DNA of 63,868 nt, the filler included, from Calcarisporiella thermophila CBS 279.70 (lineage: Eukaryota; Fungi; Calcarisporiellomycota): assembly GCF_041956535.1 (NCBI RefSeq). It is 5 parts of 5 records of this genome, joined end to end, with 100 filler letters (N's around TTAATTAATTAA, not from the genome) between each part and the next. Parts side by side here need not be neighbours in the genome. Positions count along the whole stretch, not along the records: positions 62,226 to 63,868 come from NW_027192207.1; 4 more parts are not named here. One strand, written 5' to 3'. Position numbers and translations under genes: made by a program. The notes beneath the pieces are model-generated. The model was given only the letters and a program-made list of their open reading frames with translations. It searched no databases and was not told the origin of the DNA. Shown piece by piece: positions 62,228 through 63,868 of this stretch (the first letter of the stretch is position 1; each line of letters begins with the position of its first letter).

Positions 62228-63865
62228 AAGTATCTCCGGAAAGTTTTGGGGCACCTTAAAATTTTTACTTTTACCTAAATATTTCTCTACAAACAACGTC
62301 CATATAAAAAACAATTAAAGATTTGAAAACCCCACTTCCGCCGTTACCATTACATATACAACTGAATATCCTTTGCAAACTCTCTTCAAGTGAAATATTA
62401 TTTAATCCACTTATAGAGATTTTACATGGTGCCAACATTTTATTCTCTTTCTTTACAGGGGCATTATAATGAATACTCAATAATTTGTATAAATAAAGTG
62501 CTCTCCGACTGCCACTTAGTATATCCTCCTTTTGCCTTAATAACAGCTTGGATCCGTTCTGGCATCGTGCGGATCAATTTCATACAATCCTCCTGAGTGA
62601 ATGACTCCCAGATAATATTCACCTTTTCCCACAGATCATCCTGACTCGTTATCTTTGGGAATCTGCTCCTCAGACGTCCCTTTAGCTCAGCCCATAAATT
62701 CTCGATGGGGTTAAGATCTGGTGATTGTGAAGGCCAATCGAGAACTTGGACTTGGTTGTTTTCAAACCATCGATCAATGAGTTTGGCTTTGTGCTTGGGG
62801 TCGTTGTCGTGTTGAAACACTATTTCTTGTTTGCTGAGATTATACAGTTGAAGCGTGGCTATCATCTCTTGGTTGAGGATTCTTGAATATATTTCAGCGT
62901 TAAGATTTTCTATTATACGACTTGCCCTTCCAATGCCTTATGAAGTCATGCATCCCCATATCATAATGCTTCCGCCACCGTGTTTGATCGTTGGCTGTAT
63001 ATGGCGCTCTTGTAGTGGTTCATTACGCTTCTTCCAGAACCACTCTCGCCTTTCATTGCCAAAGATGCGTATTTGGCACTCGTCCGAAAATATGACACGG
63101 CTCCAATCTTCAACGGTCCAACTGCTGTATTTCTTTGCAAATGCCAGTCTCCTAAGGCGATGCCTTTTCAATAGAAATGGTTTTTTTCTCTTAACCCTAG
63201 CTACATAATCATTACGATGGAGTGCTTCACGAACAGTATTCACGGAAATAACCTCCTCAGTTGTCTCGTTCCAAAGCTCTTGCGCCTTGACTGCGTTCTT
63301 ACACTCTCCCATCGCCACGCTTCTACATAATCTATTTTCACCGCGGCTGGATAACTTTCGACGGCGACCCATTTTCTTTCTTGGAGAATTGTTTGATGCA
63401 TTCTCTTTATTCTGGAGTATTCTTGCCATGCTACTCTTTCCAATGCCTTCTCGGGCGGCAATTTCGCGTATTGAGTATCCTTCTTCGAGGAGGACGGATA
63501 CGCGAGCACGTTTACTTGGAGTGATTCGAGGCATAAGGCTTGTTTTTTTTTAAAATAAATAAGAGTATGATTAGCAGAAAATATGGAGAAACTTTCGAGC
63601 CGTGGACACCTTTAGATATCGAGCTACAAGGGTACAAGTCTACCCCGGTTTATATCGGTCAAAATTGTCCCACTTCATTTTTCATAATAAATCGGTATAT
63701 CCCTGTAAAGTTGCAAACAAAATAGTCCATATTGTAAACATCGTGAAAGCAGATACAGATAGTTCTTAAAACATAAATAGTGTTTATTTGAAATAGAAAT
63801 TTTTCAGGAAATATGATCAATTTATTAAAAATAAAGAGGTGCCCCAAAACTTTCCGGAGGTACTT
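62228..63865 (-). mobile_element. Near-complete Tc1 (DD34E-type) element, ~29-bp TIRs, TA TSD; transposase has one in-frame TAA (62938-40)
   Basis: AAGTATCTCCGGAAAGTTTTGGGGCACCT inverted at both ends (one mismatch); MPR..HTH, FSDE, QHDND, WPSQSPDLNPIENLW. Confidence 0.93.
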
Positions 63866-63868
63866 TAT

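Overview
Eukaryotic genomic DNA: AT-rich, short GT-AG introns, scaffold gaps. Most likely an early-diverging fungus (Mucoromycota or Zoopagomycota), inferred from fungal-type genes alongside DDX20/Gemin3, TXNL4B/DIM2, a carotenoid oxygenase and a Crinkler-like REase-kinase. A gene-dense housekeeping core at ~27.5-42 kb (tRNA-Ile, DDX20, NOA1/GEP3, USP7/UBP15, a small basic protein, a LisH-CTLH-CRA protein, TXNL4B, a GATA factor) is flanked by transposon-rich accessory regions. These hold FAT1-like acyl-CoA synthetase, NPP, GST, a UGT, a GDSL esterase, a carotenoid oxygenase, small secreted proteins, three more tRNAs, and Tc1/mariner, CACTA-like, MULE, hAT, Ty3/gypsy and non-LTR remnants. Two signals stand out. 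(1) Three otherwise intact enzyme genes each carry exactly one in-frame stop that a single A->G change converts to Trp; in the GDSL gene the catalytic Ser and oxyanion Gly codons are also one A->G from consensus. These are either A-to-I editing-dependent genes or G->A pseudogenes. (2) A retroelement family has a conserved terminus 9-17 bp upstream of different tRNA genes, suggesting tRNA-targeted integration. All calls come from reading the sequence by eye; no database searches were run.
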